A stretch of DNA of 64,000 bases from an uncultured Acidimicrobiaceae bacterium (GTDB taxonomy: Bacteria > Actinomycetota > Acidimicrobiia > Acidimicrobiales > Bog-793). The notes under the pieces are model-generated. The model did no database searches. It was given only the letters and a program-made list of their open reading frames with translations, and was not told where the DNA came from. Below are positions 33,260 to 42,420 of the stretch, piece after piece. The stretch is from the NCBI GenBank assembly GCA_963804765.1, contig CAWDRQ010000026.1, positions 39,623-103,622 on the forward strand, read 5' to 3'. A program made the translations under genes and the position numbers. Every line of letters starts with the position of its first letter. Within the stretch, counting starts at the first letter, position 1.

Positions 33260-34177
33260 TCAGTACCCGGACGCGACGGCAAGCTCCTTGGCCGCGACCT
33301 CGATGTCAGACCGGTGCTTGAGCAAGACGTGGAGCGTGGAGAGCGCGGTGTCGGAGTCCACGGCCTCGATCCCGAGCAGCACGAGCGTGCGGGCCCAGTC
33401 GATCGTCTCGGAAATCGACGGATGCTTCTTGAGGTCCAGCGAGCGCAACGACCTGACGATCCTTGCAACCTGGTCCGCGAGCTCGTCGGTCACACCAGGC
33501 ACCTTGGCGAGCACGATCGCCCTTTCGCGCTCGAGCGAGGGGTAGTCGAGGTGCAGGAACAGGCAGCGCCGCTTCAAGGCCTCCGAGAGATCGCGGGTGT
33601 TGTTGGACGTGAGGAAGACGAGAGGGATCTGTGTCGCGCGGATCGTCCCGAGCTCCGGGATCGACACCTGGTAGTCGGACAGGACCTCGAGCAGGAGCGC
33701 CTCGGTCTCGATCTCGAGGCGGTCGATCTCGTCGACGAGCAGCACGACAGGGTCGACGGCACGGATCGCCTCGAGAAGGGGGCGGGTCAGCAGGAACTCT
33801 TCGGAGAACAGGTCCTCCTCGAGCGACTCCCACCCCAAAGGACGCGCACCTCCGGCGTCCTCGGCCCCGCGCTCGACCTGGATGCGCAGCAGCTGCTTCT
33901 TGTAGTTCCACTCGTAGAGGGCCTTGGCCTCGTCGAGGCCCTCGTAGCACTGCAGGCGTATGAGCCGGGCACCGAGGAAACATGCCGTCGACTTCGCGAG
34001 CTCGGTCTTGCCGGTGCCTGCAGGGCCCTCGACCAGGATCGGCTTGGCAAGCCTGTCGGCGAGGTACACGACCCCCGACAGGCCGTCGTCGGCGATGTAG
34101 CCCGCCGTGGCCAGTCCCTCTCGAACCTCGTCCACCGACCCGAAACGCGGCTTGCCTTTCCCAGGACCGGCCATCAC
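33260..34177 (-). CDS. MoxR-family AAA+ ATPase (CoxD-like)
   Basis: EGPAGTGKT, RLQCYEGLDE, LYEWNY, DEID, TSNNTRDLSEALKRRC. Confidence 0.92.
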   Translation of the reverse strand: MMAGPGKGKPRFGSVDEVREGLATAGYIADDGLSGVVYLADRLAKPILVEGPAGTGKTELAKSTACFLGARLIRLQCYEGLDEAKALYEWNYKKQLLRIQVERGAEDAGGARPLGWESLEEDLFSEEFLLTRPLLEAIRAVDPVVLLVDEIDRLEIETEALLLEVLSDYQVSIPELGTIRATQIPLVFLTSNNTRDLSEALKRRCLFLHLDYPSLERERAIVLAKVPGVTDELADQVARIVRSLRSLDLKKHPSISETIDWARTLVLLGIEAVDSDTALSTLHVLLKHRSDIEVAAKELAVASGY

Positions 34178-35421
34178 GTCCTGATCTGGCCTTCCCCGTA
34201 GACGACGTACTTGACGCAGGTCAGCTCCCGCAGGCCCATCGGCCCCCGGGCATGCAGCTTCTGGGTCGAGATGCCGACCTCGGCACCGAGGCCGAGTTCC
34301 CCGCCGTCTACGAACCTCGTCGAAGCGTTGACGAGCACTGCGGCCGCGTCCACCTGCCGGACGAACCGCGTGGCAGCCTCGAGGTCAGAGGTGACGATCG
34401 CCTCGGAGTGTCCCGAACCGAAACGGGCGATGTGCGCGATCGCCGCATCGAGGTCGTCCACGACACCGACTGCGAGCTCGAGCGCCAGGAACTCCGTGGC
34501 GAAGTCCGCCTCGGTCGCCGGCCGGGAGCCGGGCAGGAGGGGTCTGGCGCGGGCGTCCGCGGCCAGCACGACGCCTTCGAGCGCGCGGCTCATCCGGGGC
34601 AGGAACTCGTTCGCGACGTCGGCATGCACAAGCAGGGTCTCCGCGGCATTGCAGACGCTCGGTCGCTGCGTCTTCGCATTGACGACGATGCGCTCGGCCA
34701 TGGCGAGATCGGCCGCGGCGTCGACGTAGACGTGACAGTTCCCGTCCCCGTCGAGCACGTAGGGAACGGTGGCGTGCTCGAGGATCATCGAGAGCAGCGC
34801 CGGGCCTCCTCGAGGGATCAAGCAGTCGATGAAACCACGGAGCCGGACGAATTCCACCGCTGTCTCGTGCGCGGTGTCCTCGACGAGCAGGAGGGCGTCG
34901 GCAGGCAGCCCGGCCTTCTCGATCCCCTGGCGGAGCGACGAGGCGATCACACGATTGGACTCGAGAGCTCCCGCAGAGCCCCTGAGCAACGCCGCGTTGC
35001 CCGACTTCAGGCACAGGGCCGCGGCGTCGGCTGTGACGTTCGGGCGGTTCTCGTAGATGATCCCGACGACCCCGAGCGGGACACGGACGCGCTCGACGCG
35101 GAGGCCGTTCGGCCGCACGTGACCTTCGACGACCTCACCTATGGGATCGGGCAGCCTGGCGACAGAGCGGAGGCCGTCCGCCATGGCCACGACCCGCGCC
35201 TCGGAGAGCCGGAGCCGGTCGACCACCGTCGGTGACGCGCCCGATCCGACCGAGCGGGCGACATCGCTCGCGTTCGCGCTCAGGATCTCGTCGGACCGGT
35301 CAACCAGGCGATCAGCAGCCGACACGAGCGCCTCGTCCTTGGCCGAGGAGGAGAGTGCGGCGAGCAGCCGGGCAGCCTCTCTTGCGCGCCGTCCCAGATC
35401 GGGCAGTGACGTGTTCGACAT
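34174..35421 (-). CDS. proA: Gamma-glutamyl phosphate reductase
   Basis: PLGVVGIIYENRPNV, LKSGNA, IPRGG, CNAAETLL, GHSEAI, NASTRF, GISTQKLHARGPMG. Confidence 0.96.
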   Translation of the reverse strand: MSNTSLPDLGRRAREAARLLAALSSSAKDEALVSAADRLVDRSDEILSANASDVARSVGSGASPTVVDRLRLSEARVVAMADGLRSVARLPDPIGEVVEGHVRPNGLRVERVRVPLGVVGIIYENRPNVTADAAALCLKSGNAALLRGSAGALESNRVIASSLRQGIEKAGLPADALLLVEDTAHETAVEFVRLRGFIDCLIPRGGPALLSMILEHATVPYVLDGDGNCHVYVDAAADLAMAERIVVNAKTQRPSVCNAAETLLVHADVANEFLPRMSRALEGVVLAADARARPLLPGSRPATEADFATEFLALELAVGVVDDLDAAIAHIARFGSGHSEAIVTSDLEAATRFVRQVDAAAVLVNASTRFVDGGELGLGAEVGISTQKLHARGPMGLRELTCVKYVVYGEGQIRT

Positions 35422-35451
35422 GGCCTCAGGCTAGCTGCGGGGCGCTCGCGA

Positions 35452-36324
35452 CTATTCGGCCCTGAGCCGCTCCACGAGCCTCCCGATCTGCCACGACCGT
35501 TCGGCCTCCCCCGCCGCCGGACCGCTCAAGTCGGCCGCAGCCTGGCGTGAACGTTCAGCGGCGTCGCGTGCCGCCACCCAGGACGGCGCGTACTTCGGTC
35601 CCGCGCCGCCTACGGCGAACCGGCCCCAAGGAGTGTCCACCTGGTCGACCTCGGCCACTTTGTGCTCCTCGTGGGCCTCGTACCTGCGGGTCTCACGGTC
35701 GGCAAGAAACGGGAAGGCGACGTGGCGAACTGCTTCGACCGCCGCCAGCACTGCGTCACGTGCCGCGGCGAGAGTCTCCCAAGCGGGGTCGCTCAAGATG
35801 TCGACGCCCTGGCCTTCGGCTTGGGTTGCGGCCGTGAAGGCAGCATCGCCGATAGCGGTGCTCTCGCGCCGGAGCCGCCGGGCAGCCGCGATCCTCGAGA
35901 CGAAACCGAGTCTGTGGGCGTCCGTGCCCGTGCCGGTCTCGAGGTACTGGCGAGCCGAGGCAATGATCGCCCCGAGCGTCCCGCCGTCTGGAAGCTCTGC
36001 GTCGGCGCTGCCGGGGACGATCTCCAAGATGTGCTCGACACAGTCGAGCGCGAAGATCGCCGCCTCCTTCTCCGACCACGAGGTGCCGGCGACAAGTCGG
36101 GCCGCACCGGCTTCACCGACCGGCGCGGCCACAAAGACGAATTCGCCGAGCTGGTCGAGAAGCTGGCCCGCATCGAGCACCACCGGAGTGCCGTGCTCAT
36201 CCGGCTCGACGACATCGCCCGGCTGCCAACCGTCCGCCTCGCGAACCGGCAACTGCCACCGCCTGCGATAGCCCTCGTGGTGCTGCAGGCCATCGGCATC
36301 GGTCGCCACGAATCGATCGGACAC
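35452..36324 (-). CDS. Hypothetical protein with Imm5-like helical domain
   Basis: 290-aa ORF co-oriented between proB and proA; FALDCVEHIL, AIIASARQYL and terminal AERSWQIGRL resemble Imm5-like motifs. Confidence 0.55.
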   Translation of the reverse strand: MSDRFVATDADGLQHHEGYRRRWQLPVREADGWQPGDVVEPDEHGTPVVLDAGQLLDQLGEFVFVAAPVGEAGAARLVAGTSWSEKEAAIFALDCVEHILEIVPGSADAELPDGGTLGAIIASARQYLETGTGTDAHRLGFVSRIAAARRLRRESTAIGDAAFTAATQAEGQGVDILSDPAWETLAAARDAVLAAVEAVRHVAFPFLADRETRRYEAHEEHKVAEVDQVDTPWGRFAVGGAGPKYAPSWVAARDAAERSRQAAADLSGPAAGEAERSWQIGRLVERLRAE

Positions 36325-36363
36325 GGCAACGACCTCCCGGTCATATCAGCAAGGCTTCACACG

Positions 36364-37452
36364 CTAGAGCACGACGAGGTCGTCTCGGTGAACGACCTCG
36401 TGCGGGAGGTCGTCCGCGAGCTCGCCGGTGTGCAGCCCCACCCATTCCGAGGCCCTCGCCGCATCGAACCGGACGATCCCCTTGGCGAACATCACACGGT
36501 CTGTGCCGACGATCTCGACGGCGTCGTCGGCCTCGAAGGCGCCCTCCACGGCCACGACCCCCGCCGGCAGCAGCGACTTGCCCCGCTCGACGACGGCGCG
36601 CCGGGCCCCGTCGTCGACGACTATCCGGCCGGCCGGGCGCAGTGCAAAGGCGATCCAGAGCTTGCGCGCCCCGAGAGCCCGGCGGTGCGGCAAGAAGGTC
36701 GTCCCCACTCCCTGTTGCCCGGATACCGCGTCCGCCAGCACCGCCGGGCGCCGGGCCGAGGCGATCACGACACGGGAGCCGGACCACACGGCCATCTTCG
36801 CGGCCGCGAGTTTCGAGGACATGCCACCTCGGCTCATGAAGCTCGCGGCGCCGCCTGCGACCTGCTCGAGCGCGTGGTCGATCTCGGCGACCTCCTCGAT
36901 CAGGGTTGCCTCCGCGTCGTGGCGCGGGTCTGCGCTCAGCAGACCGGCCGTGTCGGTCAACAACACGAGGATGTCCGCCCCCAACAGATGTGCGACGAGG
37001 GCCGCCAATCTGTCGTTGTCGCCGAAACGGATCTCGTCGTCGGCGATGGCATCGTTCTCGTTCACTATCGGGACGACACCGAGCTCCAAGAGGCGCGAGA
37101 GCGTGGCGCGGGCGTGCAGGTAGCGCTGGCGGTAGGTGAAATCGAGTGGCGCGAGCAGCACCTGGCCGGCGAGCAAGCCCTCCGCGGCCAGAGCGTCCTC
37201 GTAGACGCGCATGAGACGCGGTTGGCCGATCGCCGACAAGGCCTGAAGGGTCATCGGGTCGTTCCGGTACCCGCCGAGCGGCGCAGCGGCCGCAACGCCG
37301 GCGGTGACGGCACCCGAGGTGACGACCACGACCGTATGGCCGTCACGACGTAGGCCGGAGACCTCGCTGCAGAGCTTGCCGACCGCGGCCGTGTCGACAG
37401 AGCCATCGGTCGCGGTCACCGAGCTCGTGCCGATCTTTGCTACGACGATCAC
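36364..37452 (-). CDS. proB: Glutamate 5-kinase
   Basis: VAKIGTSS, VTSGAV, PIVNENDA, FGDNDRL, GGMSSKL, PUA domain, EVVHRDDLV. Confidence 0.96.
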   Translation of the reverse strand: MIVVAKIGTSSVTATDGSVDTAAVGKLCSEVSGLRRDGHTVVVVTSGAVTAGVAAAAPLGGYRNDPMTLQALSAIGQPRLMRVYEDALAAEGLLAGQVLLAPLDFTYRQRYLHARATLSRLLELGVVPIVNENDAIADDEIRFGDNDRLAALVAHLLGADILVLLTDTAGLLSADPRHDAEATLIEEVAEIDHALEQVAGGAASFMSRGGMSSKLAAAKMAVWSGSRVVIASARRPAVLADAVSGQQGVGTTFLPHRRALGARKLWIAFALRPAGRIVVDDGARRAVVERGKSLLPAGVVAVEGAFEADDAVEIVGTDRVMFAKGIVRFDAARASEWVGLHTGELADDLPHEVVHRDDLVVL

Positions 37453-37457
37453 CGCGC

Positions 37458-38774
37458 TCAGCGCTCCGACTCGTAGGTGAAGCTCAGTTCGCCGATGTGA
37501 ACCGTGTCGCCGTCGTGCGCCCCGGCTCGCGTGAGGGCACGATCGACGCCGATCCGCTTCAGGCGGCGATGGACATGCTCGAGCGCGTCCGGGTTGGTGA
37601 GATCGGAGACCGCCACCGCTCGCGCCGCCTCCCTGCCGGCCACGACGAACACGGAGCCTTCCCGGTTCACCGTGACGCCTTCGGGCTCGGGACGGTGCAC
37701 CACAGTCGCGTGGCGGGGCACAGGCGCCTGAGCGCGGGCCTCCTCGACCACGGTGGCGAGCCGGCCTAGGAGCTGTGGCAACCCGGCGCCGGTCACCGCG
37801 GAGATCTCGAGGTCGAGCCGAGGAGGGGCCGCGGCGTCGCCGGCCCGCTCGGGTGCGACAGCAGACGTGCCGCCAATGTCCGCCGGGCGCCGGTCCGCTC
37901 TCGAGCCCACGATGATCCGCGGCCGCTCGAGCAGCTCCGGGCGATACCGGCGGAGCTCCTCGAGAAGGATCCGGACCTGTTCGGAGGGGGCACGGCCCTC
38001 ATCTTCTCCGAGGTCGGCGAGGACGAGAAGCACCCGGGCACGTTCCACATGGCGAAGGAACTTGTGCCCGAGGCCGCGTCCCTCCGATGCGCCCTCGATC
38101 AAGCCGGGGATATCGGCGACGACGAACTCTACGGCGGAGGCGTCCTGTCGGCTCCTGCCTCCGACGCGCACGACCCCGAGGTGGGGCTCGAGCGTCGTGA
38201 ACGGATAGTCGGCGATCTTCGGCCTCGCCGCGGAGATCCGCGACACGAGCGTGGACTTGCCCGCGTTCGGGAACCCGACGAGAGCTACGTCGGCCATCAG
38301 CTCGAGCTCGAGGCTCAACCAGAGCTCCTCGCCGAGCTCCGCCTGCTCGGCGAAGGCGGGGGCGCGCAGACGGTTGCTCAGAAACCGGGCATTGCCCCGC
38401 CCACCCCTCCCGCCCGCTGCCGCCATGTAGCGGTCGCCGGCGGCGGTGAGGTCGGCAAGCACATCGCCGTTCGGATGGCGGACGATCGTGCCGACCGGAA
38501 CGGGCACGACGAGATCGGTGCCGTTGCGGCCGTGCTGTTTCTTGCTGCCTCCGTGACCACCGTCGCCGCCACGTCGGTGCGGATGGTCGACAAAGGAGAG
38601 CAGAGAGGCAAGATTCGTCGTGGCCTCGAGATAGACGTTGCCACCCTGGCCGCCGTCGCCCCCGTCAGGCCCGCCCCGGGAGACGTGCGCTTCCCTGCGG
38701 AACGAGACCGCGCCGGCACCCCCGTTGCCACCTTTCACATGGACCTGAGACTCGTCGACGAAGGCCGATGCCAT
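37458..38774 (-). CDS. obgE: GTPase ObgE
   Basis: GGPDGGDGG, GFPNAGKST, KIADYPFTTL, DIPGLIEGA. Confidence 0.96.
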   Translation of the reverse strand: MASAFVDESQVHVKGGNGGAGAVSFRREAHVSRGGPDGGDGGQGGNVYLEATTNLASLLSFVDHPHRRGGDGGHGGSKKQHGRNGTDLVVPVPVGTIVRHPNGDVLADLTAAGDRYMAAAGGRGGRGNARFLSNRLRAPAFAEQAELGEELWLSLELELMADVALVGFPNAGKSTLVSRISAARPKIADYPFTTLEPHLGVVRVGGRSRQDASAVEFVVADIPGLIEGASEGRGLGHKFLRHVERARVLLVLADLGEDEGRAPSEQVRILLEELRRYRPELLERPRIIVGSRADRRPADIGGTSAVAPERAGDAAAPPRLDLEISAVTGAGLPQLLGRLATVVEEARAQAPVPRHATVVHRPEPEGVTVNREGSVFVVAGREAARAVAVSDLTNPDALEHVHRRLKRIGVDRALTRAGAHDGDTVHIGELSFTYESER

Positions 38775-38864
38775 GCTCAGTCCCCAACCTTGGCCGGGCC
38801 CGGCGCGGACGTTTCCCGCCGGCCGGGCAGACGGGACGAGACCCCCGACAGCCGCACGGCAGGT

Positions 38865-39431
38865 TCAGTTCGACGCCAGGTCGGACGGGTACAGCGAGAG
38901 CACCGCGAGCCATCCGCCCTGACGACGCAGGACCCGGGACCAGAGCCTCTCGGGATCGCCCGAGAGAACATCCTGGTCGAAGCCCTCGAGCACGTGCCAG
39001 GATCCCGACCCGATCTCGTTGGCAAGCTGGCCGGGCCCCCAGCCCGCATAGCCGGTGAAGACGCGGATCTCGGCGAACCGTACCGGCACGTCGGCGGGGT
39101 CCTCATGAAGGTCGACCGTGCCGAGGGCGCCGAACAGGGGTGCGAAACCGGCCGCTTCCGCGGCTTCGGGGAGCTCGGTGCGCCCGATGCAGATCGCCGC
39201 GCTCGGCTGAACAGGGCCTCCGATGAAGAGCACCGAAGGTGCGGCCGCGAGATCCCCCCATTGCGGGACGACCTCGTCGACCGGGATGGGGCTCGGCCGG
39301 TTGAGCACGACACCGAGCGTCCCGTCGTCATCGTCGTGGGCGAGAACGAAGACGACGCTGCGAAAGAAGTTGGGGTCGGCAAGAGTCGGCGATGCGACGA
39401 GCAGCGACCCCTTGCCGGGAATGGCGACCAT
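38865..39431 (-). CDS. YqgE/AlgH family protein
   Basis: DPNFFRSVV, GVVLNRP, GGPV, GYAGWGPGQL. Confidence 0.9.
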   Translation of the reverse strand: MVAIPGKGSLLVASPTLADPNFFRSVVFVLAHDDDDGTLGVVLNRPSPIPVDEVVPQWGDLAAAPSVLFIGGPVQPSAAICIGRTELPEAAEAAGFAPLFGALGTVDLHEDPADVPVRFAEIRVFTGYAGWGPGQLANEIGSGSWHVLEGFDQDVLSGDPERLWSRVLRRQGGWLAVLSLYPSDLASN

Positions 39432-39444
39432 GTGCCGTCGGGCG

Positions 39445-39702
39445 TCAGTCCTCGACCGGTACGACGTCCACGAGACGACGCCCGTGACACGAGCCGAATT
39501 TCACCTTGCCGTCAGCCATGGCGAACAACGTGTCATCGCGGCCGCGCCCGACATTATGGCCAGGGTGGAAGTGCGTGCCGCGCTGGCGCACGACGATCGT
39601 GCCGGCGCTGATCGCCGTGCCGTCGAAGACCTTCACGCCGAGGCGCTGGGCGTTCGAGTCACGGCCGTTGCGGGTGGAACCCCCGCCTTTGGTCTTTGAC
39701 AT
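39445..39702 (-). CDS. rpmA: 50S ribosomal protein L27
   Basis: [30 protein letters not shown]. Confidence 0.97.
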   Translation of the reverse strand: MSKTKGGGSTRNGRDSNAQRLGVKVFDGTAISAGTIVVRQRGTHFHPGHNVGRGRDDTLFAMADGKVKFGSCHGRRLVDVVPVED

Positions 39703-39714
39703 GAAACTGCTCCT

Positions 39715-40101
39715 TCAGTCCTCTACGGCCGCGGTGGTCTCGTCTTCCGAGCCCGAAGGCGCTTGAGGCGCCGCGCTCTCCGGCGCTGCCCCTGGGAAGT
39801 CGATCGCCGTGATCTCGACGGTTGTGTACCACTGACGGTGCCCGTAGCGGCGCCGTCCCCGTGCCTTGGCCTTGTAGGTGAATCCGACGATCTTCGGCCC
39901 CTTCGCAAGACCGATCACGCGGCCTTTGACGCTCGAGGCTTCCAGCGGGTCGTGTCCGGTCACGAGCCGGTCGCCGTCGACCACGAGCTTTGGCACGAAG
40001 CTCACCTCGTCACCGGGGCCCGCGCTCAGCAACTCGACGTCGAGCTGTTCGCCCACCTGGACACGTGCTTGTTTGCCGCCTGCGTCAATGACCGCGTACA
40101 T
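39715..40101 (-). CDS. rplU: 50S ribosomal protein L21
   Basis: MYAVIDAGGKQ, GHRQWYT; upstream of rpmA. Confidence 0.95.
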   Translation of the reverse strand: MYAVIDAGGKQARVQVGEQLDVELLSAGPGDEVSFVPKLVVDGDRLVTGHDPLEASSVKGRVIGLAKGPKIVGFTYKAKARGRRRYGHRQWYTTVEITAIDFPGAAPESAAPQAPSGSEDETTAAVED

Positions 40102-40126
40102 ATGCAGGCAACGATAGCGCAGGGAA

Positions 40127-42025
40127 TCACAAGTCCTGATCGGGGAAGATGATCCCCCGTCCGGCGCAAGTGGGGCACGTCTCCGACAGAGCCTCGACGA
40201 GGCCTTCGCCCACACGCTTGCGCGTCATCTCGACAAGGCCCAGCTCGGAGATCTCATAGACCTGCGTCGGTGTCTTGTCGCGCGCCAGCGCCGCTTTGAA
40301 CGCCGCCAGGACCGAGGTGCGGTTCGCCTTGATCTCCATGTCGACGAAGTCGATCACGATGATCCCTCCGATGTCCCGGAGGCGTAGCTGGCGGGCGATT
40401 TCCTCGGCAGCCTCGAGGTTGTTCTCGAAGACGGTCTCCTCGAGGCTGGAGGAGCCGACGTTCTTGCCGGTGTTGACGTCGATGACGGTGAGCGCCTCGG
40501 TCCGCTCGATGATGAGCGAGCCTCCCGAGGGCAGCCAGACCTTGCGGTCGAGCGCCTTGTGGAGCTGCTCGTGCACGTGGTGTCTCTCGAAGAGCGGGAG
40601 CGCCTCGTTGGAGAGGTCGTACAGCTCTACACGCTCGGCGAGCTCGGGGTTGAACTTGGAAACGTAGTCGCGCACGATCACGAACAGCTCGGGGTCGTCG
40701 ATGAGGACCGACCGGTGCTCATCGGTGAGCTCTTCCCGGATGATCCGCACGGCCATGTGCGGCTCGGAGTACAACAGCGCCGGCGCAGGCAGTTTGTGGG
40801 TCCTTTCGTCGATCTCCCGCCAGCGGCCGACGAGCATCTCGACGTCGCGGCGCAGATCTTCGGCACTCGCTCCGGCCGCGGCTGTTCGCACGATGAGCCC
40901 GTGGCCCTCGGGGCGAACGTCGTCGAGGATCCTTCGCAGCCGTCGGCGCTCATTGTCGTCGAGACGCCGCGAGATCCCGTAGGTCGCCGACTCGGGCACC
41001 AGCACGACGAAACGGCCCGGGATCGACACCTCCTGAGTCAGTCGGGCCCCCTTCAGCCCGATCGGGTTCTTCGTGACCTGGCAGACGATCGTCTGGCCCG
41101 GCCGGAGCAGGTGCTCGATCCGATCGGCACCGGCCTGCCGCTCGACGTCGTCGCGGTCGTAGGAAACGTCGCCCCAGTACAGGACAGCATTCTTAGGAGT
41201 CCCGATGTCGACGAAGGCCGCTTCCATTCCCGGAAGCACGTTCTTCACCCGCCCGCGGTAGATGTTGCCGACGATCTGGTTCGCGTCGTCCTGCGGTCGG
41301 GCCACGAAGTGCTCGATCAGCGCCCGGCCTTCGAGCACGGCGATGTGGGTCACCTCGTTCTCGACGTGCACGCACATGAGGTAGCGACCGACCGGCCGGC
41401 CACGCCGATCTCGACCCGGCCGTTGCACCTGGGCGCCGTCCCCGGCGACCGGCCCCGCGAACACGGCTGGCTCAGTGGGAGCAGCCGCCATGGGCACCGT
41501 GGGCGCGCGGCGCGCCTGCACGGTCGCGGCACCCCTTTTGCGGGGCGAACGGGGGGCGGTCGCGCGTGCCGGGCCTGTGCCGTCGTCCGTCCCGGAGCCA
41601 TCGCTGCCCGTGCCGTTCACTCCAGCGGATGCCGCGGCCGAAACGGCGCCATTGCCTGCACCGCGTGACCGTCCCCGCCCACCGCGGCGTCGTCGTGACG
41701 AGCCACCGCTCGCTGCGCCGGCAACGGGCACCGCGCCGTCACCGTCCCCGGCGTGGGGCAGCTCGGCCTGCTGGCTCGAGGAAGGAGACTGCCCCCTGCG
41801 CCCGTTACCCGCCGGTGCCGGACCGGCCTCGGCTTTGGACAGCGGCGGCGCTGGTCGGGTATCGCCGATCTTCGGCCTTCGGGATGCCACCGTCGCGCTT
41901 GCGCCGGTGGCATCCGGGCTGACCGGCTCGGAATTGCGCGCACCGTTCGCCACCTCGGGCGCATCGGCCGCGCGTTCGGGCGCGTCCGGTACAGACGCCG
42001 GGCGGCCGGTCGTCGGATCCAACAT
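40127..42025 (-). CDS. rne: Rne/Rng family ribonuclease
   Basis: GNIYRGRV, LPGMEAAFVDIG, KGARLT, VIDVNTG, LRDIGGIIVIDFVDM, CPTC; Arg-rich disordered N-terminus; ATG 42025. Confidence 0.93.
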   Translation of the reverse strand: MLDPTTGRPASVPDAPERAADAPEVANGARNSEPVSPDATGASATVASRRPKIGDTRPAPPLSKAEAGPAPAGNGRRGQSPSSSQQAELPHAGDGDGAVPVAGAASGGSSRRRRGGRGRSRGAGNGAVSAAASAGVNGTGSDGSGTDDGTGPARATAPRSPRKRGAATVQARRAPTVPMAAAPTEPAVFAGPVAGDGAQVQRPGRDRRGRPVGRYLMCVHVENEVTHIAVLEGRALIEHFVARPQDDANQIVGNIYRGRVKNVLPGMEAAFVDIGTPKNAVLYWGDVSYDRDDVERQAGADRIEHLLRPGQTIVCQVTKNPIGLKGARLTQEVSIPGRFVVLVPESATYGISRRLDDNERRRLRRILDDVRPEGHGLIVRTAAAGASAEDLRRDVEMLVGRWREIDERTHKLPAPALLYSEPHMAVRIIREELTDEHRSVLIDDPELFVIVRDYVSKFNPELAERVELYDLSNEALPLFERHHVHEQLHKALDRKVWLPSGGSLIIERTEALTVIDVNTGKNVGSSSLEETVFENNLEAAEEIARQLRLRDIGGIIVIDFVDMEIKANRTSVLAAFKAALARDKTPTQVYEISELGLVEMTRKRVGEGLVEALSETCPTCAGRGIIFPDQDL

Positions 42026-42047
42026 CGGGCAGATCCCTTCTAAAGGT

Positions 42048-42117
42048 CGCGCCGTCAAGCGGCGCGGGCGGCGTACCTCGAGCAGCACCGCTGAGAGTTG
42101 CCTCTCCGGCGCGCTCG
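42048..42117 (-). promoter_or_regulatory. Structured 5' leader of rne (two hairpins)
   Basis: Minus strand GAGAG-GCAA-CUCUC GNRA hairpin extended by GCGCCG/CGGUGC and CGAGC/GCUCG, then CGCGCCG-CUUGA-CGGCGCG, ending just before the SD region. Confidence 0.55.
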
Positions 42118-42420
42118 GACAGGTTGCCGAGATTAAGAGCGAGAACACGTTCTTTGTCGTCTCGTTCGCGGGACCCCGCGAAAGATTGGGAGACGGTATG
42201 TCCGGTGACAGCGAAAAAGACGTAGCAAGTGACGGCCGTAGCAGCAACCGAAACGGCCGTAGCGACCGGGCTCGACTGTGCGTAGGCGCTTGACGTCATC
42301 ATCCTGAGCAGCAGTTTAGTCATCCAGATGGGCCCCCTTGCGCCAGCGCGGCCAGCCGCGCGGCTCGGGCCGGGGCGCGCGAGGTGCCCGATCAGGGCTC
42401 CGTGCGCCCGATGACGCCGA

